DNA of 64,000 nt from NCBI GenBank assembly GCA_035221665.1, contig CM069161.1:5332001-5396000 (forward strand), in the 5' to 3' direction. Under the pieces are notes generated by a model. That model searched no databases, was not told the origin of the DNA, and saw only the letters and a list, made by a program, of their open reading frames with translations. The stretch is from Okamejei kenojei (Eukaryota). Below, piece after piece: positions 25,867 to 39,332 of the stretch; the stretch's first letter is position 1, and each line of letters starts with the position of its first letter. Position numbers and translations under genes: made by a program.

Positions 25867-26310
25867 AGAAACATAGAAACATAGAAAATAGGTGCAGGAG
25901 TAGGCCATTCGGCCCTTCGAGCCTGCACCGCCATTCAATATGATCATGGCTGATCATCCAACTCAGTATCCCGTACCTGCCTTCTCTCCATACCCCCTGA
26001 TCCCTTCAGCCACAAGGGCCACATCTAACTCCCTCTTAAATATAGCCAATGAACTGGCCTCAACTACCTTCTGTGGCAGAGAATTCCACAGATTTCACAA
26101 AATGTTGCAGGGAACCTCTTTTGAATAATCTTTCCATTTCAATGGATGGCAAAGGATGAGATTCAATCAATGGATGAGAATTTTCTCATCTCGGTCCTAA
26201 AAGATTTCCCCCTTATCCTTAAACTGTGACCCCTTGTTCTGGACTTCCCCAACATCGGGAACAATCTTCCTGCATCTAGCCTGTCCAACCCCTTAAGAAT
26301 TTTGTAAGTC
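25867..26310 (-). mobile_element. CR1/HER1 LINE 3' fragment with a foreign internal patch
   Basis: TYKILKGLDRLDAGRLFPMLGKSRTRGHSLRIRGKSFRTEMRK; (CATAGAAA)n tail; non-CR1 sequence at ~26096-26180. Confidence 0.85.
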
Positions 26311-26810
26311 TCATTTTGTGAGTTTATTGTCGTGTGTCCCACATAGGACAATGAAATTCTTGCTTTGCTTCAGCACAAAAGAATATTGTAGGCATAAATA
26401 ATACAGAACAGATCAGTGTGTCCATATACCATTGAGTATATATATATATATATATATATATACTTTATATGCATTTATGTGTGTGTGTGTGTTTACACAC
26501 ACATAAATAAGCATATAAAGTGCAATAGGCTATTAAAGTTCAGATTTTCGTTTGAGTTGAGTTTAATAGTTTGATGGCTGTGGGGAAGAAGCTGTTCCTG
26601 AAGCTGGATGTTGCAGATTTCAGGCTCCTGTACCATCCACCTGAAGGTAGCGGGGAGATGAGTGTGTGGCCAGGATGGTGTGGGTCCTTGATGATGCTGC
26701 CAGCCTTTTTGAGGCAGCGACTGCGATAGATCCCCTCGATGGTAGGGCGGTCAGAGCCGATGATGGACTGGGCAGTGTTTGCAACTTTCTGCAGTCTTTT
26801 CCGCTCCTGG
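26310..26810 (-). mobile_element. Rex1/Babar-like LINE 3' fragment
   Basis: Minus strand encodes IYRSRCLKKAGSIIKDPHHPGHTLISPLPSG...FRNSFFPTAIKLLN, a typical Rex1/Babar RT C-terminus. 3' UTR contains (TA)n/(CA)n. Confidence 0.75.
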
Positions 26811-27078
26811 CCCTTCGGCCCACCGAGTCTGCGCCGACCAGCGATCCCCGCACACTAATGCTACCCTACACACACTAGGGACAATTTACAATTTTTACCA
26901 AGCCAATTAGCCCACAAACCTGTACGTCTTTGGAGTGTGGGAGGAAACCGGAGCACAAGGGGAAAACCCAACGCGGGTCACGGGGAGAAGGTACAAACCC
27001 TGCACAGGCAGCACCCGAGGTCAGGATCGAACCCGGGACTCTGGCGCTGTAAGGCAGCAACTCCACCACTGCGCCCTT
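26810..27078 (-). mobile_element. HE1-like SINE
   Basis: Reverse-complement SINE with B box (GGATCGAACC on +). Confidence 0.82.
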
Positions 27079-27439
27079 GTGCTAGTGAGGGAGTCAGATA
27101 TCAGGTACACAGATGGTGGAGCCCAGCTGTTGAAACCTGGTTGACCGTGATCAGAGCCTCGGAGCAGGGATGTTGGTCTGACGTGCCAACAAATTAGGCA
27201 TGGTTGGTGTCCACATGAATCCTTGCCCCACATAGGTACATCTACATGCTACGGTAAAGTATAAAATAACCAAGGCCCCTTGTTTGATGTTGAAGCACTT
27301 ACATTGTGCAGGGCACTGGATGAACATTTAACCAGGAGCGAGATTCATAAACACATCTGCTATTATTTTTCTCATCAGTAGCTCATCTTAGTTTGTCGGT
27401 GACCTTGCCCTCAGATGTGTCCTGCATTTCATGTTCATT

Positions 27440-27980
27440 GATCAAGAGTCAAGAGTGTTTTATGTCATATGTCCCAGATAGAACAATGAAATTCTTGCTA
27501 GCTGCAGCACAACTGAATAAAATATAAGCATAGTACATAAACGAGAGAAAAAAAAGTTCAGTGTGTATATATATACACATACACACATACTCAAAAAACA
27601 AGCAATAATAGTGCAATTTAATAATGTTTATTGTAGTTCAGAGCATATTTGTTGTGTGTTTAATAGCCTGATGGCTGAAGGGAAGAAGCTGTTCCTGAAC
27701 CTGGACCTTCTTCCAGATGGCAACGGAGAAATGAGTGTGTGGCCAGGAAGGTGTGGGTCCCTGATGATGTTGGCTGCCTTTTTGAGGCAGCGGCTCCGAT
27801 AAATCCCTTCGATGGTGGGGAGGTTGTCCTATCTGGGACACATGACAATAAACTCTCTTGACTTGACTTGACTTGACTTGAGGTCAGAGCCGGTGATGGG
27901 CTGGGCAGTGGTCACAACTTTTTGCAGTCTTTTCCGCTCATGGACGTTCAAGTTGCCGAACCAGTCAATATGCTCTCTAC
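27440..27980 (-). mobile_element. Rex1/Babar-like LINE 3' fragment (with nested (CTTGA)n tail piece)
   Basis: Same RSRCLKKAANIIRDPHLPGHTLISPLPSG motif as 26310-26810. Confidence 0.72.
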
Positions 27981-28184
27981 TGTAGTAATGATGCTGCTGC
28001 ACCCGCTGAGTTTCTCCAGCCTTTTGTGTAGATCAGTGGTAACATATGGGACCAATACAGGAGAAGAGAATGAAAGGGGCTGATGGTCTAATCTCAAAGC
28101 TTCGAGCTGAATAAAGTTGGGACTTGGTGGGGTTGGACGATTTGCGACAAGCTGGAGATTCCTGGAGCACAACATTTGCAAAGT

Positions 28185-28700
28185 ACATTTGGAGGACTGC
28201 ACACAGTTCTGGTCGCCTCATTACGGGAGAGATGTGGGGGCTTTGGAGAGGGTGCTGACGCAGTTTAGCAGGATGCTGCACGGACTGGAAGGTTTCAGTT
28301 GCAGGGAAAGGTTGGATAGACTTGGGTTGTTTTTGCTGCAACATCGGAGGTTGAGGGCTGATTTTATTGAGGTACATAAAGTTATGAGTGGCATAAATAG
28401 GATAGACAGTCAGAACCATTTCCCCAGGGTGGAAATGACCAACACTAGAAGGCACAGCGACAGTATAAGGTGAGAGGGGGAGAGTTTAAACGTGCGGGGC
28501 AAGTGTTTTGCACAGAGGTGGGTGCCTGGAACACATTGCCAGGGTGGTGGCAGATACAAAAGTAGCATTTACAAAGCTTTTAGCTGGGCACATGGAAGGG
28601 AGGGATATGGACCACTTACAGACAGGTGTGATCAGTTCAGCAAGGTATTACATTCAGCACAAGCGTTGTGGGCCGAGTGGCCTATTCCTGTACTGTACTG
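28185..28700 (+). mobile_element. Older CR1 LINE fragment
   Basis: HLEDCTQFWSPHYGRDVGALERV...LDRLGLFLLQHRRLRADFIEVHKVM. Confidence 0.8.
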
Positions 28701-29867
28701 GCCTATATTGCATGAATATATAACGAAGGTGCCACTATTGATGGGTCAGGTTTGCAATATGGCAATTGGATGGAGCTTAGGGAGAGACAACTGGAGAATG
28801 GGATTTCCCAATATGTTGCAGAATCTTCAATTCCAATTCTAGGGCCCACTGTTCATTATTCCCACCTGGAATTCAGTCTGATGGGCATCCTAAGTTCACA
28901 GTAAGTCCGAGAGCTGTCCAGACGCCACTGATCACACTTGGCCTCTCTCCATCATTGGCTCGGTCGTCCACATGTCCAGTACAGCGGCCATTGAGAATGC
29001 TGGCAGCAAGCCTGACATTGGCCATGGAAGTTGTGCTTTTTGACCCATTACAGTGGTCCAATGGTTTCTTTATTGTCACGTGTACCAGGTACGTGCAATA
29101 TAGTCAGCTCAGCAAGACCATCCCCGTACATAATCACGGGGATTATCCAGGTCACAACAGCCCACTGAGTCCGTATGCCAGAGGCACCATTTTGGCGCCA
29201 TTTCCCCGTCCCAGCTGCAGCTGACCACGAAGACCCCGTAGCAGCCGTCGCCCCCATTCCGGTCGTCCCGCCATCCGATGTCCCTCTCCACGCCCGGCCC
29301 TCTTCAGCCAAGCCTTGAAAGCGAGAAGGCAACTGGACGTATTGCGATGGCAGTCGGGCTTTGGGGTCGCAGAAGACGGCGCATCACAGGAAAACTGCCA
29401 AAAGCCCATGTTGCTCTTTGTGAAAGAAGCAGATTAACCCCGAGGCCTCGGCTCCACTGTCAGGGTCACCGATCTTCAACTCCGGAGCACTGGAGCTGCA
29501 ACTTCATTCTGCAAATGGTTCCTTCCCCTGGCGATTAGCATCGTGGCGTCCAACACAATGAAGCAGGGCTTGTTCCAAAGACCACCTGTGCGCAGGTGTA
29601 CAGTTACCCTGCGATTCAACTGTGAACAATGCAATATTGACTCCGACCCTAATCTATGGTTAGGAGTGTTACCTTTTCATTGTTTGATTTTGGATACATG
29701 TCCGTAGTAAAAACTACATGTTCATGCTGCAAATAAATTCGAGTTTTATATGGGAACCATATTCCGCACTCTTAATTTTCCCTTTGCTCTGCCTATTGTG
29801 TATAGAACATAGGACAGGACAGGCCCTTCAGCCCACAATGCCTGTGTCGAACTTAATACTTATCTGG

Positions 29868-30217
29868 ACAATAGACAATAGATGCAGGAGGAGGCCATTC
29901 GGCCATTCAAGCCAGCACCGCCATTCAATGTGATCATGGCTGATCATCCCCAATCAGTACCCCGTTCCTGCCTTCTCCCCATATCCCCTGACTCTGCTAT
30001 TTTTTAAGAGCCCTATCTAGCTCTCTCTTGAAAGCATCCAGAGAACCTGCCTCCACCGCCCTCTGAGGCAGAGAATTCCACAGACTCACCACTCTCTGTG
30101 AGAAAAAGTGTTTCCTCGTCTCCGTTCTAAATGGCTTACCCCTTATTCTTAAACTGTGGCCCCTGGTTCTGGACTCCCCCAACATCGGAAACATGTTTTC
30201 AGCCTCTGGCGTGTCCA
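29868..30217 (-). mobile_element. CR1/HER1 LINE 3' fragment
   Basis: MFPMLGESRTRGHSLRIRGKPFRTETRKHFFSQRVVSLWNSLPQRAVE; (CAATAGA)n tail. Confidence 0.88.
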
Positions 30218-30231
30218 AATCTACTTGCACA

Positions 30232-30911
30232 CAGGGCCGGCCTTAGGAGGTGCGGGGCCCAATTGGGAACAGTTTTGGTGAGCCCCAGGTTCCCAACCAA
30301 GGCCTGTAGATTCATAGAAATATAAGTAAAGTCTATTATAGACTTAATATCTCTATGGTAGAATGGAAAGTAATCAAAATGTGCGCTTAAAAAGTGCCTG
30401 TGACTTAATGGACCAAACAGATCTAAGCTTCATTTTAATATAAAATTGAAAGATGCAAGCCTACAAACAAAATGTGTAGATCACCTCTCAGAAGTACATA
30501 GTTACAATACCACTTGTTTTAGTGACTGTGGAATGAAAAAAAAAGTTATTTAATAATAGACGGGTGTGAGCTAAGCCGAGGTTTGTTAACGTTGCTCCAA
30601 CCCCCGGCCCGGCCCTCCCTGTATTGTCCACCGTGCCTCCCCGGGAAGAGAGAGGGGTGGAGCCGGGGCTGTGTGCGTGAAGCACGGCGACTGGAGGGGC
30701 GGGAGCGCTGCCCCGGATACGTGAGCGAACGACCCACCTCCCCCTCTCCCCCTTCTCCATTCCCCCTCACAACCCCCTTCCTGTCTACCCCCTTTCTTCC
30801 CCCTCCACCCGGGGTTAGATCTACCCGAGCCGAGAGCAAATTACTGTAGGCCCCCTTAGGCACGGGGCCCAATTGGGAGCAATCGGTCCAATTGGCTTCA
30901 GGCTGGCCCTG
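30232..30911. mobile_element. Non-autonomous hAT-like DNA transposon, 680 bp
   Basis: TIRs CAGGGCCGGCCT and AGGCTGGCCCTG, degenerate 8-bp TSD CTTGCACA / CTTGGAGA, subterminal GGGGCCCAATTGGGA repeated near both ends. Confidence 0.75.
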
Positions 30912-31499
30912 CTTGGAGAAAACCCATATTCCTCCATCCCCTGCATATCCATGTGTCTATCCAAGTCCATTAAATGTCACAAACATACCTGCCTCAACCA
31001 CCACCGTTGGCAGAGCGTTCCAGGCATGTACCACCCTCTGTGTACAAAACTTGCCCTGCATGTGACTTTTAAACTTCGCCCCTCTCACCTTACAGCTGTG
31101 CCCTCTAGTATTTTTAGTTTAGTTTAGTTGTCACGTGTACTGAGGTACGGTGAAAAGCTTCTCGTTGCGTGCTAACAAGTCAGCGGAAAGACTATACATA
31201 ATTACAATCGAGCCGTCCACAGTGCACAGACCTGCTGTTGGAGTCGAGGTTTAGGGGAGTGGAGCGATTGTTCTGAATGAGTGTAGACCTGCTTCTGGGA
31301 CCAGCACGTAGAGAATCACCGAGCTTGGATGCCATCTTTAAATTTATTTGACTGATCCATCTGAGGAAAAAGATGCCAACTGACGGTACTGGAGTCTGGC
31401 TTCATTGCATTTATCAGTAGTATTTTCTGATTGGATTGGATAGCATGAAAAGCAAAGCTTTTCACCGCACCTCGGTCCACATGACAATAATGAAGCTAA

Positions 31500-32082
31500 A
31501 ATGTTTAAGAAGGAACTGCAGATTCTGGAAAATCGAAGGTGGACAAAAGTGCTGGAGAAACTCAGCGGGTGAGGCAGCATCTGTGGAGCGAAGGAAATAG
31601 GCAACGTTTCGGGCCAAAACCCTTCTTCAGACTGATGCAGGGTGGGGGGGGCATGAAGAAGAAAGGAAGAGGAGGAGCCAGAGGGCTGAGGGAGAGCTGG
31701 GAAGGGGAGGAGACAGCAAGGGCTGCCGGAAATTGGAGAAGTCAATGTTCAGGCCAATGGGATGCAGACCCATTGCTCCTCCATGGCCAGAGTGAGCACC
31801 ACCGGAAACTGGAGGAGCGGCACCTCATACTCCGCTAGGGCAGTCTGCACCCTAGTGGCATAAACATTGACTTCTCCAATTTCCGGTAGCCCTTGCTGTC
31901 TCCTCCCCTTCTCAGCTCTCCCTAAGCCCTCTGGCTCCTCCTCGTCCTTTCTTCTTCCCGCCCCCCCCTCCCCCCACCCTGCATCAGTCTGTAGAAGCGT
32001 TTTAGCCCGAAACGTTGCCTATTTCCTTCGCTCCATAGATGCTGCCCACACCCGCTGAGTTTCTCCAGCATTTTTGTCTACC
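31500..32082. mobile_element. Penelope-like element: inverted terminal copy plus direct 3' fragment
   Basis: LLHGQSEHHRKLEERHLILR (GIY-YIG C-terminus) on +, preceded by an inverted copy of the terminal repeat (31500-31750). Confidence 0.8.
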
Positions 32083-32109
32083 ACCAATAATAAAGCTAAA
32101 CCTGAACCA

Positions 32110-32420
32110 ATGGTTTAATTTTCATTTAATTTAGAGATGTAGCGCGGAAACGGACCCTCCAGCCCACCGAGTCCGCACCGACCAGCGATCCCCACAAACT
32201 CACTCTGTCCCACACGCACTAGGGACAATTCACAATTTTACCAAAGCCAATTGGCCTACATACCTGTTCGTCTTTGGAGTGTGAGATGAAACCGGAGCTC
32301 CCATAGGAAACCCACGCAGGTCACGGGGAGAACGTACAAACTCGATACAGGCAGCACCCGCAGTCAGGATCGAACCTGGGTCTCTGGCGCCGTGAGGTGG
32401 CAACTACACCGCTGCGCCCT
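32110..32420 (-). mobile_element. HE1-like SINE
   Basis: Near full-length reverse copy. Confidence 0.82.
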
Positions 32421-32894
32421 TATTTTCTTGCTCATATATCGCTACCACTTTGGTGCACCTATATATCCAGAAGCCACCATGTGTATTGCTAAGAGGAGCA
32501 ATGCTGTAATGCGGAGCAGGGGATTTTAATGAAGATTTCATTCGCACTTGTGGGAAATTAAAAGGCTTTGTCTTTCTTTTATTTCTTTATTTACATGTAT
32601 CTTCGTTTTAGTGGCATGTTGCCAGTGTCGGGATTTTATGTGGCATTTAATTGCAGCCTAAGCACCATTGCTCACAGTGACATTGTGGAGATCTCAGCCG
32701 TTGTTCATTGCAGCCTGGTGCGTCACAGAGTCCTGAATGAGACACGGCAATAAATAAACCGGGCCACGTTCTTTGAGCCTGAGTCAGGGATGGCGCAGGA
32801 GGAGAGATGGGCTTTACCAGCTCTGCATTCTCTACAACAAGGAGAAGAAACATATAAAACTCTGAGAGAAGTCTGGAACTAGTGAACTTAGCAG

Positions 32895-33385
32895 AACATA
32901 GAAACGTAGAGAATAGGTGCATGAGTAGGCCATTCGGCCCTTTGAGCCAGCACCGCCATTCAATATGATCATGGCTGCTCATCTAAAATCAGTACCCAGT
33001 TCCTGCTTTTTCCCCATATCTCTTGATTCATTTAGCCCTAAGAGCTAAATCTAACTCTCTCTTGAAAACATCCAGTGAATTGGCCTCCACTGCCTTCTGT
33101 GGCAGAGAATTCCCCAGATTCACAACTCTCTGGGTGAAAACGTTTCTCCTCATCTCAGTCCAAAATGGCCTGTCCCTTATTCTTAAACTCTGACCCCTGG
33201 ATCTGGACTCCCCCAACATCGGGAACATTTTTCCTGCATCTAGCCTGTCCAATCCTGTAAGAATGTTATATGTTTCTATAAGATATCCTCTCATCCTTCT
33301 AAATTCCAGTGAACACAAGCCCAGTTGACCCATTCTTTCATCATATGTCAGTCCTGCCATCCCAGGAACTAGCCTGGTGAACCAA
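32895..33385 (-). mobile_element. CR1/HER1 LINE 3' fragment
   Basis: [41 protein letters not shown]...FKRELDLAL. Confidence 0.88.
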
Positions 33386-34914
33386 CGCTGAACGACTGAG
33401 ATGGGGCGACATTTCTCAGTCATAGTCATACAGCATGGAAACAGGCCCTTCAGCCCAACTTGCCCACACCGACCAACATGTCCCATCTACACTAATCCCA
33501 CTTGCCTGTGTATCCCTCTAAACGTGTCCTATCCATGTAATTGCCTAATTACATTTTAAACATTGAAATAGCCTCAATTACCTCCTTCAGCAGCTCGTTC
33601 CATACACCCACAACCTTTTGTGTGAAAAATGTACCCCCTCCTATGCAATCTTTTACCCCCTCACCTTAAACCTCTGCCCTCTGGTTCTGGTGTTCATCTT
33701 TCAGAAGGTGATGAATCTGTGGAATTCTCCACCGCATGGAGGCCCAGTCACTGACCACTCATTCAAACCACAGATTGATAGATTGATTGAAAGACACAGC
33801 ATGAAAACAGGTCCTTCAGCCCACCAAGTCCATGCTAGCCATCAATCACCCATACACGCTGGTGTTATCCCACTGTCTAATCCACTCCCTATACATTAGG
33901 GCCAATTAACGTACTCCCCCAATCCTTTGGGATGTGGGGGGAATCCAGAGCACCCAGAAGAGACGCACGTGGTCATAAGTTCATAAGTCACGAGAACAGA
34001 ATTAAGCAATTCGGCCTATAGAGCCTACCCTGCCATCCAATCGTGGCTGATCTATCTTTCCCTCTCAACCCTGTTCTCCTGCCTTCTCCCAATAACCTTT
34101 GACACCCTTACTAATCCCCCTGGTCACAGGGAGAACGTGCAAACTCCACACTGTGACGATTCATTATATGGACACATTTTGCTGTGAATAACACTGCGGG
34201 GAAATCTTCACTGTCCGCTGCCTTTAACCAAATTGTAAGCACAAAAAAAAAATAAAGGACCTAGGAAAGACAAAAGAGGAAAAACTCATCGTGAAGGCAG
34301 CCAAAGATATCAATTAGATGCAGCTTTTGGCCACGATTCCAGCAGGCATTTAATGCCAGCGACCAGAGACAAATTCCTTTGCAGAATATTCCCTTTTTTT
34401 GCTTGCCCAATTTGGAGAGTTATATTTTTGAATGCAGTGATGTCATGACAGCTACATTTCACTCGGTCTCTGTAACTCGTTTTTGTAATCTCGCCTAAGT
34501 GGTGGAAACTCCTGTCAAACCTGGAGTTCTTCAGAAGTGACAGGTGGATTAACAAGCCAAGTGTGGGCAGATGTGCCAGGCATCAATTAATGCTAATTTG
34601 CCAAGGAGTGCTGTGGAAGCCATGCAAATGGATCCGAGAGACACTAATTGTGTTTCTTACCGAAGAAGGTTAGCGCGAGAGGAGGGATATGTGGGCAAAA
34701 GGAAAAGGCTTGGCAACCACCTGAGTATTTTACGAAGTTAATAATTCCAATGGTCTTTTCGAGAGTTTTGGACCAGATGAGCAGCAATCGTGCAAAATTA
34801 CCCTTGTCTGAGAGATTATTTTTTATTATTTTATTATTAAACAAGGTAGATCAAGAAACCTCGACTATATACGTTGTAGGCAGAATCTGCAGTTCCTTCT
34901 TACACAGTTTGGAG

Positions 34915-35113
34915 GAAGGAACTGCAGATGCTGGATTTAAACCGAAGATAGACACAAAATGCTGGAGTAACTCAGCGGGACAGGCAGCATCTCTGGAGAG
35001 AAGGAATGGGAAGCAGCCTGAAGAAGGGTCTCGACCCGAAACGTCACCCATTCCTTCTCTCCAGAGATGCTGCCTGTCCCGCTGAGTTACTCCAGCATTT
35101 TGCGTCTATCTTC
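34915..35113. mobile_element. Fold-back Penelope-derived unit with a hammerhead-like core in the loop
   Basis: 67-bp inverted arms (34944-35010 / 35047-35113, one mismatch) around CTGAAGAAGGGTCTCGACCCGAAACGTC (35018-35045). Confidence 0.8.
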
Positions 35114-35559
35114 AACTGAATATTTGTCAGCCCTTAATTACTTTCTGTGAAAGAATAATAAATACTTAAAATTGCTTTAAACTTAGCAATAGAAACAACA
35201 ATTTCAATTTGTGTTGCGTCTCTAAACTCGAAGAATAATGACTCAAACTTTGTGGGAATTTGTCCAAAAAAAAGTGAGCTACGTCAAGAAATGGTATGGG
35301 GAGGAAACTCAAGACTTGGTCAAAAGAGGTGAAATTTAAGAAATATCTTAACGGAGAAAGGAAGATGCAGATTGGTAGTAAGTTCTAAACCTTAGGCTAT
35401 TGGCAGCTGAAGACCCAGACACTAAATGGAGATCAAATAAATTCAGGGTTAATCACAAAGGCTCTAGTGGAAGACAAGTGGCATTGAAGGTTATGGAAAG
35501 AAGGCAAAAGAATGGGGTTGAGTGGGAAAAATAGATCAGCCTTGACTTAGACATTCCAT

Positions 35560-35855
35560 TTTAGAGATACAGTGTGGAAACGTTGGGCTGCTGAGTCCGC
35601 ACCGACCAGCAATCAACCCCGTACACTAGCTCTATCCTTTCACACTAGGGACGATTTACAATTTTTACCAAAGCCATTTAGCTTACAAACCTGTACGTCT
35701 TTGGAGTGTGGGAGGAAACCAGGAGCACCCGGTGGAAACCCACGTGGTCACGGGGAGAACGTACAAACTCCGTACGACAACACCCGTAGTCAGGATCCAA
35801 CTTGGGTCTCCGCCGCTGTGAGACAGCAAGCCTACCGCTGCGCCGCTGTGCCACG
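35560..35855 (-). mobile_element. HE1-like SINE
   Basis: Near full-length reverse copy. Confidence 0.8.
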
Positions 35856-37069
35856 CCGAGTGACAGAGCAGACTCGATGGGCCGAATGGTCGAATTCTGT
35901 ACCTATGTCGTATGTTCTTAGATATCTCATTGATACTGGCTGGAATAGATTAAATAGGAACATGACAATGGAAGGATTTGAAAACATAGGCTTAAAATGT
36001 TTAAAGATATTCTTAACCAAGACCCAATATCATCGAGTAAGCTTGTTGGTGAAGGGTGCTGGAGAACAGGACTCGGGTCAATGTAACATCCAGACAGCAC
36101 AATACTTAATAAATCCTTTATCACCACAGCAACTCTTCAAAATACAGCTCTCCCTTATAACTGTGGCGATGAGAATGTTATTACATGTTGGATCATAATT
36201 GTTCCTTTGATCTTCTGATTTCATACTTCTCGCCTCAGAAGATGAAAGTCTAAAGTCACCCAAAGGGTTAAACCAGACTCTGCTTCAAAGCTGTTTCCAT
36301 CCTTTCATGCATGCACACAGTTAATTATAAGCAGATAGTTTTGATCTTGCCTGTTTGAAGCATGTGCCATCTTTTCCCCTTCAGCTTTGGTGAGATTGTT
36401 GCTGCTTTAGTTCACTGTTATCAAATGATTCTTCGCACCTCAAGCTTTAATAACCGCAGGCACCAGTGCAGGGAGATTGCCGACAAACCTGCCTGCAACT
36501 GGGTTGCTTTGTACCGACCTAGTTACAATTCGTGTCTTGATTCCATTTCAGTGAAAAGAAGAACATGTGGAAACGTGGATATTTGCAGCAGTTTACATGA
36601 AGTCTGGAGTTTTCTTTCCAAGTCCCCGGCAGGTGTGCGACGGGTTTGTGCGCTGAGGATCCCGGGCACTCGTTTAGAAAATAGGTGAGGGGAAAACCTC
36701 TTCAGTCAGAGGGTAGTTCATGTGTGGAACTCATTGCCACAGATGGCTGTGGAGGCCAAGTCAGTGGATTTTTTGTAAGCCAGAGTTAGACTGATTCTTG
36801 GTTAGAATGGGATTAGGACGCATAGATCAGCCATGAGTGAATGGCGGGGTAGACTCGATGGGCCGAGTGGCCTAGTTCTACTCCTATAACATTGTGAACG
36901 TGAGCCGTGCTACGTCCTGTCGATGTGGATGTGCAACGGACCAGCCAGGTGAACATTGGTGCGTTACCTGAAACTTGTCCATTTCCAGTGCAGTGAGTTG
37001 ACCCTTAGACAGACTGGCACATTGCAGGCGGCAGCTGTATCTTGCTGAAGCTCGACGCGGCCAAACTAA

Positions 37070-37390
37070 TAGCCCTATCGCACGGTGCGAGTTCATGCCA
37101 AGAGCTCTCCCAAGTATAAAAAAAATCAAACTCGTGGTAAGCACGGAGAATGAACGTAGCGGGTACGTCGGAGCTCGGGGACGTCTCTTACCGCTAACGG
37201 CAGGTACTCGGGAAGACTCGCTAAACGGCAGGTAAGCACGGGAAGACACGTGAAGATTTTTCAACATGATGAAAAATGTCCACGAGAGCCCCGAGTACCG
37301 GCGAGCGGCCATTACCGTAAATCTCCGAGTTCGAATCGGGGCAAACTCGGGAGAACTCTTGGAATGAACTCGTACCGTGGGACAGGGCTT
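37070..37390. mobile_element. Harbinger-type MITE, family D, 321 bp
   Basis: ~45 bp imperfect TIR (TAGCCCTATCGCACGGTGCGAGTTC / GAACTCGTACCGTGGGACAGGGCTT), flanked by TAA...TAA (37067-37069, 37391-37393). Confidence 0.8.
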
Positions 37391-39045
37391 TAAGGGCTTT
37401 GTGGAGAGGGATCACGTCTACAGCCCTTCTACCACTGGACACTGAAGAGCTAAGTCTGGTGTAAATGCCTCTCAAACACTTGAACTTCGGAGCATCTGCA
37501 GCTCCATCCCATACTTTGTATTTGTGGCGTTCAGTCTGTACATTCAGATTGGGTTTTTTTTAATGAATTTGTTTTTTAAGATGTGTGCATCTTTTAACAA
37601 ATTTTATTTTTGAAATTACTGCCACTTTTTGTTCTGGGAAAGCTTTATCATAATAAACTCCTTTGATGTGGTGTCCATCAGGCAGTGAGTGGTCAGCATG
37701 GAAGGTCCTGCAAGGGCACCAGGAGAAGGACACAAGTTCACAGGTTATCGGAGTAGAATTAGGCCATTCGGCCCATCGAGTCCACTCCTCCATTCAATCA
37801 TGGCTGATCTCTGCCTCCTAATCTCATTTTCCTGCCATCTCCCCATAACCCTAGACACCCGTTCTAATCAAGCATTTTTTGGAAAGAACTGCAGATGCTG
37901 GTAAAATCTAAGTTAGACGCAGAATACTGGAGTAACTCAGCGGATCTCGACCCGAAACGTCACCAATTCCTTCTCTCCATAGATGCTGCCTCACCTGCTG
38001 AGTTACCCAGCATTTTGTGTCTACCTAATCAAGAATTTGTCTGTCTCTGCCTTAAAATTATCCACTGACTTGGCCTCCATAGCCCTCTGTGGCAATGAGT
38101 CCCACGGATGGATCCTGTGGGATGCTTTCTCAAGCAAATCGCTAAGCCATTCTGCGCACGGCCTCACGGCCAGCACTCACCCAGAGCACCAAGACCTTGC
38201 TTGGCTGAGACTGAGAGCAGCCCTCCCCATCGTTCCCCTTCCCACCTGCTCAGAGCTTCAAGCTGCCCGCTGGGCTGCTACGGGAGTAAGGATGAGATAA
38301 TCCACCTGGCTTTGTGGACTGTCCATTTGGAAAAGGATGCAAGGATCCTGGTCATAGTTTATAAGCGACTGCTTAACAGAGGACTCTGTTTTGGGGTGAC
38401 GGGGAGATGGGTTATGGAGTCGGGGTGGGTGGGGGGGTTATTGGGGGGAAGGCAGAAGAATGGGGTTAGGAGGGAGAGTTAGATCAGCCATGATTGAATG
38501 ACGGAATAGTCTTGATGGGCCGAATGGCCGAATTCTGCTCCTATCACCAATGGCGTGATGACTCCACGAACTGCAGGCTGTTCCCAGCCACACGTACCGT
38601 GACTAACTTCGGCTGCTGCAGGAAGGTCATCAGCCCGGTAAAAGACGCACTTTGCTCTGATGCAAAATGTGTGGACCTTTGTTCTTTGTTGGTCCAGCAT
38701 AATGGGTCATTGGTGTGAGAATGAGAATGCTGCCAGCTGACACGGCGTGCTGAGCCACACAGCAATGGTACGTGCAACCAAGGCAAAGGCTTGGAAATGT
38801 GCATCTTTTGTCCCCAAAGAAATTTTCTGCAGAGAAAAAAATATTCCAAAATAAAAATGTGCAAATCTCTTAAGACAATCTTTGTGTCGAAACATTCAAT
38901 ATTACCTATGTTATTTCCAGTAGTGTTAGCACCTGCCTTTTTCTTTACTCCATTGCCACTCAAAGTTTATATAATCTCACGAGACCGTGTGAATGGTGAG
39001 GGTGCTCCGTACACACAACGTGCAAAGACTTTCAAAGTAGTGAAG

Positions 39046-39332
39046 GGGCGGCACAGAGGCACAGCGGTAGAGCAGCTGCCTTAGAGCGCCAGAGACCCGG
39101 GTTCGATCCTGACTCTGGGTGCTGTCTGTACGGAGTTTGTACGTTCTCCCCGTGACCCGCGTGGGTTTTCCCCTGGGTGCTTCCGTTTCCTCCAAAACTC
39201 CAAAGACCTTAATTGGCTTTGGTAAAAAATTGCAAGTTGTCCCTTATGTGTAGGATAGTACTGGTGTAATCGCTAGTCGAGGCGGACTCTGTGGGCCAAA
39301 GGGCCTGTTTCCATGCTGTATCTCCAAAGTCT
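39046..39332 (+). mobile_element. HE1-like SINE, full length
   Basis: GGGCGGCAC head, B box GGTTCGATCC, core and CR1 tail. Confidence 0.85.
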
